Of a DNA stretch of 64,000 bases, positions 39,548 through 48,724 are shown one piece after another (the first letter of the stretch is position 1; the number at the start of each line of letters is the position of its first letter). The notes under the pieces were generated by a model. It saw only the letters and a list, made by a program, of their open reading frames with translations. It searched no databases and had not been told where the DNA came from. The DNA lies in NCBI GenBank assembly GCA_040755995.1, contig JBFMAF010000055.1, forward strand, positions 64,001 through 128,000. The letters run 5' to 3'. The position numbers were made by a program, and so were the translations under genes. This DNA comes from Acidobacteriota bacterium. Lineage in GTDB: Bacteria > Acidobacteriota > CAIWXX01.

Positions 39548-40446
39548 TGGGCAGCTCGTTGACCAGCCGGCCGGCCTCCGGGGATGACGCCGCGCGCGGA
39601 TGGCAGCGCCGTCGTCACGGGCATTCTGACCGATCGACTAGCGCGGTGGACGCGCGATTGGGCGCGGGGCTTCTCCTGCTGGCTCTTCCTGCTGTTCTCA
39701 CTTTGTACTCGATGCTTCTGCCGGTCGACTCGTACACGGCCGCATCTCTTCCAGAGAGACTCAGCGGGCCCGACTGGCGGCATCCGCTGGGAACCGACGA
39801 GCTGGGCCGTGATGTGCTGAGAAGGATCTCCGTCGGTGCCCGCGTGTCTCTCGTCTTGAGCGTGTCGGTGGTATTGATCGCCGGACTGGCGGGACTTCTG
39901 GTGGGCAGCACGGCTGGATATGGTGGCGGCGCGGTCGATCACACCGCAGTTTTCCTGGTTGATACGTTTCTCTCGTTCCCGCCGATGCTGCTGGCCCTGG
40001 CCCTGGTAGCGGTCCTTGGCACGGGTCTGACTCAGCTTTTCGTTGGGTTGGCGATCTCGACCTGGCCGGGCTACGCTCGAATTGCGCGATCTCTTGTGGT
40101 CGCGCTCCGCGGCCGAGGTTTCGTGGAGGCGCTGCGCGCGCTCGGCGCCTCAAACACGCGGATCATTTTCCGGCATCTGCTTCCTCACATCGCAGGGCCG
40201 ATGCTGGTGCAGGCGATGCTGGATGTTCCAGCCGTGCTTCTAATGGAAGGGGGCATGAGCTTTCTCGGGCTGGGAGTTCAGCCGCCCGATCCCTCGTGGG
40301 GGGCGATGATCGACGAGGGACGCCGGCATCTCGTCGACGATCCTGCGCTGGTGGTTGTTCCCGGCGCAGCGGTGCTGTTGACGGTTCTGGGACTGAATCT
40401 GCTGGGCGAGGCACTTGCCGCGCGCATGGATCCGCGCCGCGCGTGA
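39547..40446 (+). CDS. Peptide/nickel ABC transporter permease (DppC/OppC family)
   Basis: HPLGTDELGRDV, ALGAS..RIIFRHLLP, SFLGLGVQPPDPSWG; start overlaps the dppB stop. Confidence 0.9.
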   Translation: MGSSLTSRPASGDDAARGWQRRRHGHSDRSTSAVDARLGAGLLLLALPAVLTLYSMLLPVDSYTAASLPERLSGPDWRHPLGTDELGRDVLRRISVGARVSLVLSVSVVLIAGLAGLLVGSTAGYGGGAVDHTAVFLVDTFLSFPPMLLALALVAVLGTGLTQLFVGLAISTWPGYARIARSLVVALRGRGFVEALRALGASNTRIIFRHLLPHIAGPMLVQAMLDVPAVLLMEGGMSFLGLGVQPPDPSWGAMIDEGRRHLVDDPALVVVPGAAVLLTVLGLNLLGEALAARMDPRRA

Positions 40447-40488
40447 GCCCGCGAGGCGCCTCGGAGCCACATTACGCCTGTGGCAAAT

Positions 40489-40510
40489 TTTTTTTACATT
40501 TGTAAAAAAA
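40489..40510. promoter_or_regulatory. Perfect AT-rich palindrome TTTTTTTACA-TT-TGTAAAAAAA (candidate operator/UAS)
   Basis: 10-bp arms with a 2-nt spacer in a GC-rich genome, ~180 bp upstream of pilM. Confidence 0.55.
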
Positions 40511-40601
40511 GTGCTTGCGCGCACCCCTGGTCTTTTGGTAAAAGGGGAGTGTCGAAGCTCAGAAAACGAATATGGAGCCCTTGAGGTTCATAAACTCGCG
40601 C

Positions 40602-40630
40602 TTGACATCTACGATAGTTGTTGATAGCTT
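40602..40630 (+). promoter_or_regulatory. sigma70-type promoter for the pilMNOPQ operon (TTGACA-N17-TAGCTT)
   Basis: Hexamers at 40602-40607 and 40625-40630. Confidence 0.55.
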
Positions 40631-40687
40631 TGTGGCCGGTTCGCCGGTTTTTTCAAGCCTAACCTTTTAACGGCAGGGGTTAAAAAA

Positions 40688-41761
40688 GTGCTCTTCGGAA
40701 AAACAAAAAACCTGGTCGGATTGGACATCGGGAGTAGCTCGGTCAAGGCGGTGGAGCTGGCATCGAGCGGGCGCCCGGGTAGCGAAACGTACAAGCTCAG
40801 GCACCTGGGCATCGAGCCCTTACCTCCGCAGACCATTGTCGAGCGCGACATCATCGACAACCTGCAGGTGAGCGAGGCGATCAAGAAACTGTTCACAGAG
40901 CACAAGATCAAGAACAGGAATGTGTGTACGGGCATCGCCGGGAACTCGGTGATCGTCAAGAAGTTCAGTCTGGCGCAGATGACGCCGGAAGAGCTGGCCG
41001 AGTCGATTCACTGGGAGGCGGAGCAGTACATACCGTTCCCGATCGCCGATGTGAACCTGGACTATCAGGCAGTCGAGTCTTCGAAGGCGGCGGAGCAGGG
41101 GAAGATGGAAGTGCTGCTGGCCGCGGCCAAGAAGGACAAGATCGGCGGGTACACGAGCGTCATCACGCAGTCGGGCAAGAACACCATGGTGGTGGACGTC
41201 GACGCCTTCGCCGTTCAGAACGCGTACGAAGTGAACTACGAGATGCCCATCAACCGTGTCGTGGCCCTGCTCAACATCGGCGCCAGCCTCATGAACATCA
41301 ACATCCTCTACCAGGGGGTGTCGATCTTCAGCCGGGACATCTCGATCGGAGGCAACAACTATACCGACGCCATCCAGAAGGGGTTGAACCTGAGCTACGA
41401 GAAGGCCGAGGCGGCCAAGAGGGGGGAGAGCACGGATGGCGCGTCGCCCCAGCAGGTCTCAGGCATCATGAGCGAGGTTTCTGACGATCTCAAGAACGAG
41501 ATCCAGAAGACTTTCGAATTCTTCAAGGCCACGTCGGGCCAGGAGAAAGTCGATCAGATCATGCTGAGCGGCGGCACGGCCAAGGTCGTGGGCCTGGCCG
41601 ATCTTCTTGCCGACAAGTTCAACACACCTGTGGAGCTGCTCAATCCATTCCGCAATGTCGGTTTCAACCCGAAGGTATTCGATCCCGACTACATCGCGGA
41701 CGTGGCTCCGTTTGCGACGGTTGCGGTTGGACTCGCCCTTAGAAAGGTGGGGGACCGATGA
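40688..41761 (+). CDS. pilM: Type IV pilus assembly protein PilM
   Basis: VGLDIGSSSVKAVEL, EAEQYIPF, LLNIGA, IMLSGG, AVGLALR. Confidence 0.96.
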   Translation: MLFGKTKNLVGLDIGSSSVKAVELASSGRPGSETYKLRHLGIEPLPPQTIVERDIIDNLQVSEAIKKLFTEHKIKNRNVCTGIAGNSVIVKKFSLAQMTPEELAESIHWEAEQYIPFPIADVNLDYQAVESSKAAEQGKMEVLLAAAKKDKIGGYTSVITQSGKNTMVVDVDAFAVQNAYEVNYEMPINRVVALLNIGASLMNINILYQGVSIFSRDISIGGNNYTDAIQKGLNLSYEKAEAAKRGESTDGASPQQVSGIMSEVSDDLKNEIQKTFEFFKATSGQEKVDQIMLSGGTAKVVGLADLLADKFNTPVELLNPFRNVGFNPKVFDPDYIADVAPFATVAVGLALRKVGDR

Positions 41762-42351
41762 TCAAGATCAATCTTCTGGGGAAGGAGCGGCCAGAACCGG
41801 GGGCAGCCGCCGCCGAGCGGCAAAATCGCACGGCACTGCTGTTCTCGCTCATCGTCGTTGCGACGCTGATCGGCCTTGTGTGGTGGTACATGCACCTTCA
41901 AGGGCAGATCGACAAGCTCGAAGCCGACAAGGCCGCTGCGTTGGAGGAGAAGAAGAGGCTTGAGGCAGTCATCAAGGAAGTGGAAGGGTACGAAGCACAG
42001 AAGAAGGCCCTCGAGACGAAGGTGAAGGTGATCGAGGAGCTGAAGAAGAACCAGACCGGGCCCGTCCACATGCTGGATGAGATCAGCAAGCACCTGCCCG
42101 ACTTCCTGTGGCTGGAGAAGATGACCCAACAGGGAACCAGCGGCCTCCGCCTGGAGGGCAAGGCCACCTCATACAACGCCATCGCCGATTTCATCACGAA
42201 TCTGGACCGCAGCGGGTACTTCTTCAACATCGGTGTCGTCAGCGCGAACCGCGTGGGCGACACACGCGAGCTCTATCAATACGTGATATCGGCGGACTTC
42301 CGCGCAATCCCCCCGCAGCCTCAGTCGCCGGCTCCGAAGCCGGCGGGTTGA
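41758..42351 (+). CDS. pilN: Type IV pilus assembly protein PilN
   Basis: MIKINLL motif, single TM, coiled coil, LPDFLWL. Confidence 0.93.
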   Translation: MIKINLLGKERPEPGAAAAERQNRTALLFSLIVVATLIGLVWWYMHLQGQIDKLEADKAAALEEKKRLEAVIKEVEGYEAQKKALETKVKVIEELKKNQTGPVHMLDEISKHLPDFLWLEKMTQQGTSGLRLEGKATSYNAIADFITNLDRSGYFFNIGVVSANRVGDTRELYQYVISADFRAIPPQPQSPAPKPAG

Positions 42352-42412
42352 CCGGTTGGCACCAAGGAGGCTTGACCAATGATCATCGCGATAGGGAAGT
42401 GAGAGAGAAGCC

Positions 42413-43066
42413 ATGGCATTAAACCTCGGAAAGCTACCCTGGTGGGGCCACCTAGCGCTGTTCGTCGCCATCTCGTTGCTTTTTGTAGGGGTGTTCTATT
42501 GGTACTTCTACGGCGAGATGGACCAGAAGATACAGTCTCTTCGGAGTGACCTGGATTCGCTCCAGGCGGACCTGGAGAAGGGCCACGTCATGGAGGCCAA
42601 GCGTCCGGAGTTCCTCCAGGAGATCGAACGCCTGAACGTGAAACTGGAGACCTTGAAGCGGATTCTTCCCGAGCGGCAGGAGGTCGATGACATCCTGCGC
42701 AAGTTGCAGGGGCTGGCGGCGGAATCGAACCTCAACATCCTCGCGTTTACTCCCGGGGCGGAGGTCCGCAAGGAGTTCTACATTGAATGGCCGATCACCA
42801 TCCAGATCAGCGGCACGTATCACAACCTGGCCATGTTCTTCGACAAGATCGGCAAGTTCTCCAGGATTTTCAACATCTCCAACCTGGTCATCACGGCAGT
42901 GCAGACTCCGAAGATTGACGTGCTGACCATCTCTTCGACATGCGTGGCTTCGACGTTCATATATGTGGAGGCCGCGCCGGCTCGACCTGCCGCGGCCGCA
43001 CCTGCTCCGAGAGCACCCCGGGAGCCTAGGCCCGATACTTCGGGCGGCGGCCGGGACGAGTTGTAA
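42413..43066 (+). CDS. pilO: Type IV pilus assembly protein PilO
   Basis: TM, coiled coil, ILP, EFYIEWPITI, GTYHNLAMFF..RIFNI. Confidence 0.93.
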   Translation: MALNLGKLPWWGHLALFVAISLLFVGVFYWYFYGEMDQKIQSLRSDLDSLQADLEKGHVMEAKRPEFLQEIERLNVKLETLKRILPERQEVDDILRKLQGLAAESNLNILAFTPGAEVRKEFYIEWPITIQISGTYHNLAMFFDKIGKFSRIFNISNLVITAVQTPKIDVLTISSTCVASTFIYVEAAPARPAAAAPAPRAPREPRPDTSGGGRDEL

Positions 43067-43087
43067 CCAAGCACGGGAGAGTGAACC

Positions 43088-43597
43088 ATGCGCAAGACAT
43101 TTTGCATATGGATCTGCATGGCATGTCTCGGACTGTTTGTCTCAGATCTCGCGTTCGCCCAGACGGGCGCTGGTACGAGCCCGGCACCAGCAACGCCGGG
43201 CGCCTCCGAGGGAGAAAAAACGGTCCTGCCGCCTGAGGTGGTAGCCTCCGGAGGGTACACGTACAACCCGGGCGGTAGGCGTGATCCGTTCGTCAGCCTC
43301 CTCATCGGGAGAACGAAGGGAACGAAGGAGCGCCCGCCCGGCCTGGCCGGGATGCTGATTTCCGAGGTCGATCTGGTCGGAATCGCCAAAGACTCCCAAG
43401 GCTACGTGGTCATGCTCGCAGGGTCGGATAACAAGACCTATTTCGTGCGGGTCGGCGCCGAGCTGGCCGACGGCAAGGTCATCGACATCACTGAGAACAA
43501 GGTGGTTTTCCGGGAAGAGATCAAAGATCCGTTTTCAGTTAAGCCCTACCGTGACATCGTTAAATCCCTCACGCCTGGCGAAGAGGAGGTGAAGTGA
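43088..43597 (+). CDS. pilP: Type IV pilus assembly protein PilP-like
   Basis: YNPGGRRDPF, LVGI, VRVG..DGKV; lies between pilO and pilQ. Confidence 0.85.
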   Translation: MRKTFCIWICMACLGLFVSDLAFAQTGAGTSPAPATPGASEGEKTVLPPEVVASGGYTYNPGGRRDPFVSLLIGRTKGTKERPPGLAGMLISEVDLVGIAKDSQGYVVMLAGSDNKTYFVRVGAELADGKVIDITENKVVFREEIKDPFSVKPYRDIVKSLTPGEEEVK

Positions 43598-46053
43598 TGA
43601 GTAGAACACATGGAGTGCTTGTGCCGGTTGTCTTGGCGATGCTTCTCGTCCCGACTTGGGTCGTTGCCCAGGATGCGGCATCTTCTCCAGATCTGATCAA
43701 GATTCTGTCGGTTACCTCCTCGGTCTTGCCCGAGAAGACCAGGGTCGTGGTTGAGACCTCGGCGCCGCTGCCGCTCCCCTCGTCCTATAACCTCGATCCC
43801 CTGGTGCTCGTCCTCGACATCCCCGGGACGGACTCCACAGGGCTTGACCGGCAGTATTCGGTGGCCTCTCCGTGCATCCGGCGGCTGAATGTGTACCAGC
43901 TGGAGGAACAGGGACGGAAGTCCATCACGCGCCTGGAGATCCTGATGACCTCCCTGGTGCCGTACCGGATCTTCTCGGAAGGCAGCCGGCTGTACGTGGA
44001 TTTCGAGCACCTCGAACGGACCTCTACCCCGCCCAAGGTCGAGGAGTTTTTCCAAAGGCCAGAGCCTGCTCCGGCGGCTGAGCCCCCGAGCAAGCCCGCT
44101 CCGACTCTGTCCGGCGAGATAGGAAAGATCCAGAGGATCGACGTGAAGCAGGAGGGCGGGGATCTTCAGGTGTACGTCGACTTCAGCGGAAGGATAGACT
44201 ACAAGCACTTCGAGCTCAAGAGCCCCTACCGCCTGGTGCTCGACATCATCAACGCTGTCAACGCTGTTCCCGTGAGCACCATCAACGTGCGGCACGACCC
44301 GGTGGATTCAATCCGGGTGGCGCAGTTCCAGAACGGGCAGCCGAAGATTGCGCGAGTGGTATTTGACTTGACGGCGCCGCCTCAATATGACATCGCGATT
44401 ACGGATAGCCGGTTGAGGGTGACCTTCAAGGGCGCGAGTGCTGCCGAGGCCGTCCCGCCGGATCCGCCGGCCAGCGATTCTGAGAATCCGCCGGTCGCCG
44501 CGGGACCGGTTGTGGAAGCGGCGGTGCAGCCCACCGAGCCTGTCGCCACGGATCCGCAGCCGCCGGCCGAGCCGCCCGCGCCTGCGGTCGCGGATGCCGC
44601 GCCCCCGATGAGCTTCTCCAACGAACCGACGCTAACCACCGGCGATGAGAAGGGCCTCGAGATGGCGGAAGTGCCGGCGCCCCTCAGCGTCCAGGAACCG
44701 TTGAGCGCGGCTTCGACCGGGCAGCCCGAACCCGCCACCGCACCGGATCAGGCCGCATCGGGTACGCGTTTCGAGACGCAGACCATAACCGAAGGCGAGG
44801 TCACCTACAGCGGCGAACCGATCAACCTGGATCTGGTTGACGCGCCTATCGAGCAGGTGTTCAGGCTGATCTCCGAGATCAGCGGACTGAACGTGATCAC
44901 GGACCCGGGCGTGTCCGGCCGCGTGACCGTTCATTTCAAAGGTGTTCCGTGGGACCAGGCGCTGGACCTGATCCTCAAGACCAACGGGCTCGGCTACGTC
45001 CTGGAGAACCGTGTGGTGCGCATTGCCAAGCTCGATGTGCTGGCGCAAGAGGAGACCAAGAAACGGAATCTCAGGGATGCCAAGCTGCTCTCGGTGGACC
45101 TGAAGACGATCACGAAATCCCTGAGCTACGCCAAGGTGACGGACATGGAGGGCGTGCTCAGGAAGATGCTCTCGCAGCGTGGTGAGATCATCACCGACCC
45201 GCGTACGAACACCGTGATCGTATCGGATATCCCGGACCGCATAACCGCCATCAACAAGCTCATCGAGTCTCTCGATACGGCGACACCCCAGGTGACCATC
45301 CAGGCCAAGATCGTGGAATCCTCCTCGAACTACACGCAGAGCCTGGGCATACAGTGGGGCTTCCAGGCGACCGCCGATGCGCGGCACGGGAACCAGACGT
45401 CCCTTTCCTTCCCGAACCACGTCCTGATCGATGGCGGGGCGGTTGGTGGAACCACGGGACTGGTCGGACCGCTTGGCGGCTACGCCGTCAACCTGCCGGC
45501 TCCGGCGTTCAACAGCGGCATCGGGATCTCTGTGGGCAACGTCCTGGACACCTTCATGCTCGATGCCGCGCTGACGGCGCTCGAGAACTCCGGGCGGGGC
45601 CGAATCCTGTCGGCTCCGAAGGTGACGACGCAGAACAACATCCGCGCCAGCATCATCCAGGGCCGCGAGATTCCGGTCCAGACGACCGCGAACAACACGA
45701 CGACCACCACCTTCAAGAATGCGGCCCTTGAATTGAACGTGACTCCGCAGATCACGGCCGAGGGCACGATAATCATGCTGGTCGACATCAAGAACGACCA
45801 GGCAGATTTCGCCAACTTGGTCAACGGAATCCCTCCGATCATCACGCAGAAGGCGCTGACGACCGTGCTCGTGCGCGACGGCGGCACGTCGGTGATCGGC
45901 GGCATCTACCGTGCGGAGGATTCCTACTCCAAGAACAACGTGCCTTATTTGCACAAGATCCCGATTTTGGGGTATCTGTTCAAGAGCTACAGCACGCAAC
46001 GTACAAACAGAGAACTGTTGATTTTCCTGACTCCGCGCATCGTTCGCGACTAG
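43594..46053 (+). CDS. pilQ: Type IV pilus secretin PilQ with AMIN domains
   Basis: PYRLVLD (AMIN), YSGEPINLD, VPWDQALD, QVTIQAKIVE, ILSAPKVTT, IPILGYLFK, ELLIFLTPRI. Confidence 0.96.
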   Translation: MMSRTHGVLVPVVLAMLLVPTWVVAQDAASSPDLIKILSVTSSVLPEKTRVVVETSAPLPLPSSYNLDPLVLVLDIPGTDSTGLDRQYSVASPCIRRLNVYQLEEQGRKSITRLEILMTSLVPYRIFSEGSRLYVDFEHLERTSTPPKVEEFFQRPEPAPAAEPPSKPAPTLSGEIGKIQRIDVKQEGGDLQVYVDFSGRIDYKHFELKSPYRLVLDIINAVNAVPVSTINVRHDPVDSIRVAQFQNGQPKIARVVFDLTAPPQYDIAITDSRLRVTFKGASAAEAVPPDPPASDSENPPVAAGPVVEAAVQPTEPVATDPQPPAEPPAPAVADAAPPMSFSNEPTLTTGDEKGLEMAEVPAPLSVQEPLSAASTGQPEPATAPDQAASGTRFETQTITEGEVTYSGEPINLDLVDAPIEQVFRLISEISGLNVITDPGVSGRVTVHFKGVPWDQALDLILKTNGLGYVLENRVVRIAKLDVLAQEETKKRNLRDAKLLSVDLKTITKSLSYAKVTDMEGVLRKMLSQRGEIITDPRTNTVIVSDIPDRITAINKLIESLDTATPQVTIQAKIVESSSNYTQSLGIQWGFQATADARHGNQTSLSFPNHVLIDGGAVGGTTGLVGPLGGYAVNLPAPAFNSGIGISVGNVLDTFMLDAALTALENSGRGRILSAPKVTTQNNIRASIIQGREIPVQTTANNTTTTTFKNAALELNVTPQITAEGTIIMLVDIKNDQADFANLVNGIPPIITQKALTTVLVRDGGTSVIGGIYRAEDSYSKNNVPYLHKIPILGYLFKSYSTQRTNRELLIFLTPRIVRD

Positions 46054-46070
46054 CGGTAAGGAGGAGTGAG

Positions 46071-46676
46071 ATGTATCAAGCTGCAAAACGATCCGGGCTG
46101 CTGATTCTGCTGCTTGTGATTGCACTCGTCGGCGTCGGATGCAACAAGAACGAAAGCAAGAACCAAACGGTCGGCCTGGTGACGGTCATGGGCATGCTGG
46201 GGGTTGGCCCGGACGGGACGTTGGGGACTACCCTGGCTTCTGATGTGATCGGGGTCAACCCAGACGGTACAACGTACATCATCGAGGATTCTGGTCAGGC
46301 TACTGTCAGGAACGTGCCGCTCGATCCGGATTTCTTCGACCCCACACCGTGGATGGACGTGGTTCTGACCCGCTACCGGGTGACTTACACACGAGCCGAC
46401 GGTAGAAACACTCCTCTGGTGGACATCCCGCTGGCATTCGAGGCGGGGATGACGGTGAGTATCCTGACGGATTCCTCCACCACGTTCTCGTTCTTGCTGG
46501 TGCGGGCTGTGGCGAAGACGGAGCCGCCGCTCATACAGCTAGCTGAAGGGATCTACTCCGAGAAGCAGATCCTGACGACGGCGACCGTCGAGTTCTGGGG
46601 CGCCGACATGGCGGGGCACCCGGTCTATTGCAAGGGGACCATCGCCGTGCACTTCGCCAACTGGGCCGACGAATAG
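46071..46676 (+). CDS. Hypothetical lipoprotein downstream of pilQ
   Basis: RBS AAGGAGG; lipobox VGVGC; 201 aa. Confidence 0.8.
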   Translation: MYQAAKRSGLLILLLVIALVGVGCNKNESKNQTVGLVTVMGMLGVGPDGTLGTTLASDVIGVNPDGTTYIIEDSGQATVRNVPLDPDFFDPTPWMDVVLTRYRVTYTRADGRNTPLVDIPLAFEAGMTVSILTDSSTTFSFLLVRAVAKTEPPLIQLAEGIYSEKQILTTATVEFWGADMAGHPVYCKGTIAVHFANWADE

Positions 46677-46717
46677 GCCAAGTATATGAGGCATATATTC
46701 AACGCTGGAGGCACGCT

Positions 46718-48643
46718 ATGAAGCCTTTCACGACCAGACGTTCCACGGCAGAGCTTTGCATGCTGGCGCTCGTCGCTGTGTCCCTCCTGACCGGGCTCGC
46801 CTGCAAGCGAGACGAGGTCAATGAACCCGGACCGCCGACAGGGCCCAGTGGCGCGAGCTACTTTGTCAGCATCTTCGCAAGTCCCAGCGTCTTGCCATCG
46901 AATACGGGTGCCACATCTACTATAACTGCCATCCTTCGAAAGTACGATGGATCACCCATTGGCGGCAAGCCGCTTCGCTTTGAGATCGTCGACGGGAGCC
47001 TGAACACCATCAACCTCGGCAGCCTGTCCCAGAAGAACGTCACGACGGACACGGCGGGAGTCGCGCGTACGACATACACGGTGCCGGGGGCCGATGTCGA
47101 AGGCTACCTGTGGATCAGGGCCACCTGGACCGACTCCCCGTGGACCGAGCAGTTCTTCTCCACCGTGCCTCTCAGCCTGAGGTTCAAGACAGGGCCGCCG
47201 GTCAGCAACGAGTACCCGATTGCGAGCTTCGAAATCGTCACTCCAGGGCCGTATGACGTCAATCAGGAGATCACCTTCGATGGGAAGGCATCCGAGGATC
47301 CTGACGGCATCATCGTGAAATGGGTCTGGGATTTCGGAGACAAGAGGACGCTGGTCAGTTTCGAGACGATGGAGAACGAGCTCCCAACGTTGAACCAGCC
47401 GATTGTCACTCACAAATTCAAGCTGGCCGGGAGCTACGTCATCACCCTGAAGGTCATTGATGACCTCGGCGCGTATGACATCGCGCAGGACGTGATCATC
47501 GTGGGCGACGTCAGCGGACTGGCGCCGACGGCATGCTACGTCATCACCACCCAGACCACTACCGGCTACGACCCCGACACCGATGTCCAGTTCGACGGCA
47601 GCTGCTCAAGCGATCCGGACGGCGCCATCCGGCGTTGGGACTGGAACTGGGGCGACGGGAAGTACAGTTGGAATGCCGGATACCTGGTCACACACAGGTG
47701 GCACAAGGTAGGGTCGTACCCGGTTTCCTTGACGGTCACTGACGATTCGGGCCTCAAGGGCATCATCAGCGAGAACATCACCATCGGCGGCTACGGATCG
47801 CCGAAGTCTCCGACGGCGAGCTTCACTTTCGCTCCTGCGGCGCCGGAAAAGGGCCAGCAGGTGGTGTTCGACGCGACCGCATCTAGCGACTCTGACGGCG
47901 TGATCCAGAGCTACGACTTCGCCTTCGGCGACGGCAGCCATTCCGAGGGGACTTCGCCAATCGTCTACCACGCCTACAACAACGACGGCTACTACTTCTG
48001 CGTCCTCACCGTCACGGACGATGACGGGCTGCTGGGGGTGGCCACGCAGACAATTCCGGTGGGCGGCCACACCGGCGCACCGGTGGCCTGCTTCGTAATG
48101 ACACCGGATCCGTCCAGCGGGACGGTCACAGCCGGCGAGAGGATCAAGTTCGACGGCACGTGCTCCACCGATAGCAACGGCGTGATCATGACCTGGACCT
48201 GGATGTTCGGCGACGGAACCGTCGAGCACGATCGAATCCAGACGCACGTCTACTACACCGCGGGAACCTACACGGTATTCCTGAGGGTCTACGACAACGA
48301 GGGGCTGGACGGCGTGACGTCGCAGACGTTCGAGATACTCGCCGGCATCCCACCGGACGCTGACGCCGGTGCCGATCAGAGCTTCAGCGCGTTGGCGTGT
48401 CCTCTGGCCAAGATGGTGAGCTTCAACGGGGGGCTGTCCACCGATCCCGACGGCTACATCGCCTGGTACAATTGGGACTTCGGGGACGGAACGACCAGCG
48501 GCAACGTGGCTAGCGCCTCCATTAGCCACACTTACAGCGTGCTCAGCACGATCGTGTACAGCGTGGTCCTCACCGTCACCGACGACGACGGCCTTACCGA
48601 CACCGACACGTGCAGCGTGCAGATGACCTGCGCGGGTCCCTAG
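46718..48643 (+). CDS. Lipoprotein with Ig-like (Big_1-like) domain and five PKD domains
   Basis: Lipobox GLAC; TTDTAGVARTTY; PKD signatures WDFGD, WNWGDG, FAFGDG, WMFGDG, WDFGDG with SxDPDG/LTVTDDDG. Confidence 0.88.
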   Translation: MKPFTTRRSTAELCMLALVAVSLLTGLACKRDEVNEPGPPTGPSGASYFVSIFASPSVLPSNTGATSTITAILRKYDGSPIGGKPLRFEIVDGSLNTINLGSLSQKNVTTDTAGVARTTYTVPGADVEGYLWIRATWTDSPWTEQFFSTVPLSLRFKTGPPVSNEYPIASFEIVTPGPYDVNQEITFDGKASEDPDGIIVKWVWDFGDKRTLVSFETMENELPTLNQPIVTHKFKLAGSYVITLKVIDDLGAYDIAQDVIIVGDVSGLAPTACYVITTQTTTGYDPDTDVQFDGSCSSDPDGAIRRWDWNWGDGKYSWNAGYLVTHRWHKVGSYPVSLTVTDDSGLKGIISENITIGGYGSPKSPTASFTFAPAAPEKGQQVVFDATASSDSDGVIQSYDFAFGDGSHSEGTSPIVYHAYNNDGYYFCVLTVTDDDGLLGVATQTIPVGGHTGAPVACFVMTPDPSSGTVTAGERIKFDGTCSTDSNGVIMTWTWMFGDGTVEHDRIQTHVYYTAGTYTVFLRVYDNEGLDGVTSQTFEILAGIPPDADAGADQSFSALACPLAKMVSFNGGLSTDPDGYIAWYNWDFGDGTTSGNVASASISHTYSVLSTIVYSVVLTVTDDDGLTDTDTCSVQMTCAGP

Positions 48644-48672
48644 GACGCAGCTATCGACTGAGCGGAATCTCG

Positions 48673-48704
48673 CCCCTGTCCGGGGCTTGGGCCCCGGACA
48701 GGGG
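48673..48704 (+). terminator. Perfect 14-bp GC hairpin (terminator-like or mRNA stabiliser)
   Basis: CCCCTGTCCGGGGC-TTGG-GCCCCGGACAGGGG; only a weak U-tract follows. Confidence 0.5.
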
Positions 48705-48724
48705 TTGAACACCCCCAGGTGGCG

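Noticed and set aside
40478..40560. c-di-GMP-I riboswitch upstream of pilM (GGCAAA)
   Set aside because: Lacks the GNRA-capped P2 and GACGCAAAGC/tetraloop-receptor elements; better explained as a DNA palindrome.
40565..40624. YGALEVHKLALDIY resembling a four-helix-bundle N-terminus
   Set aside because: Very short, lacks a start and continuation, and overlaps a good promoter; likely coincidence.
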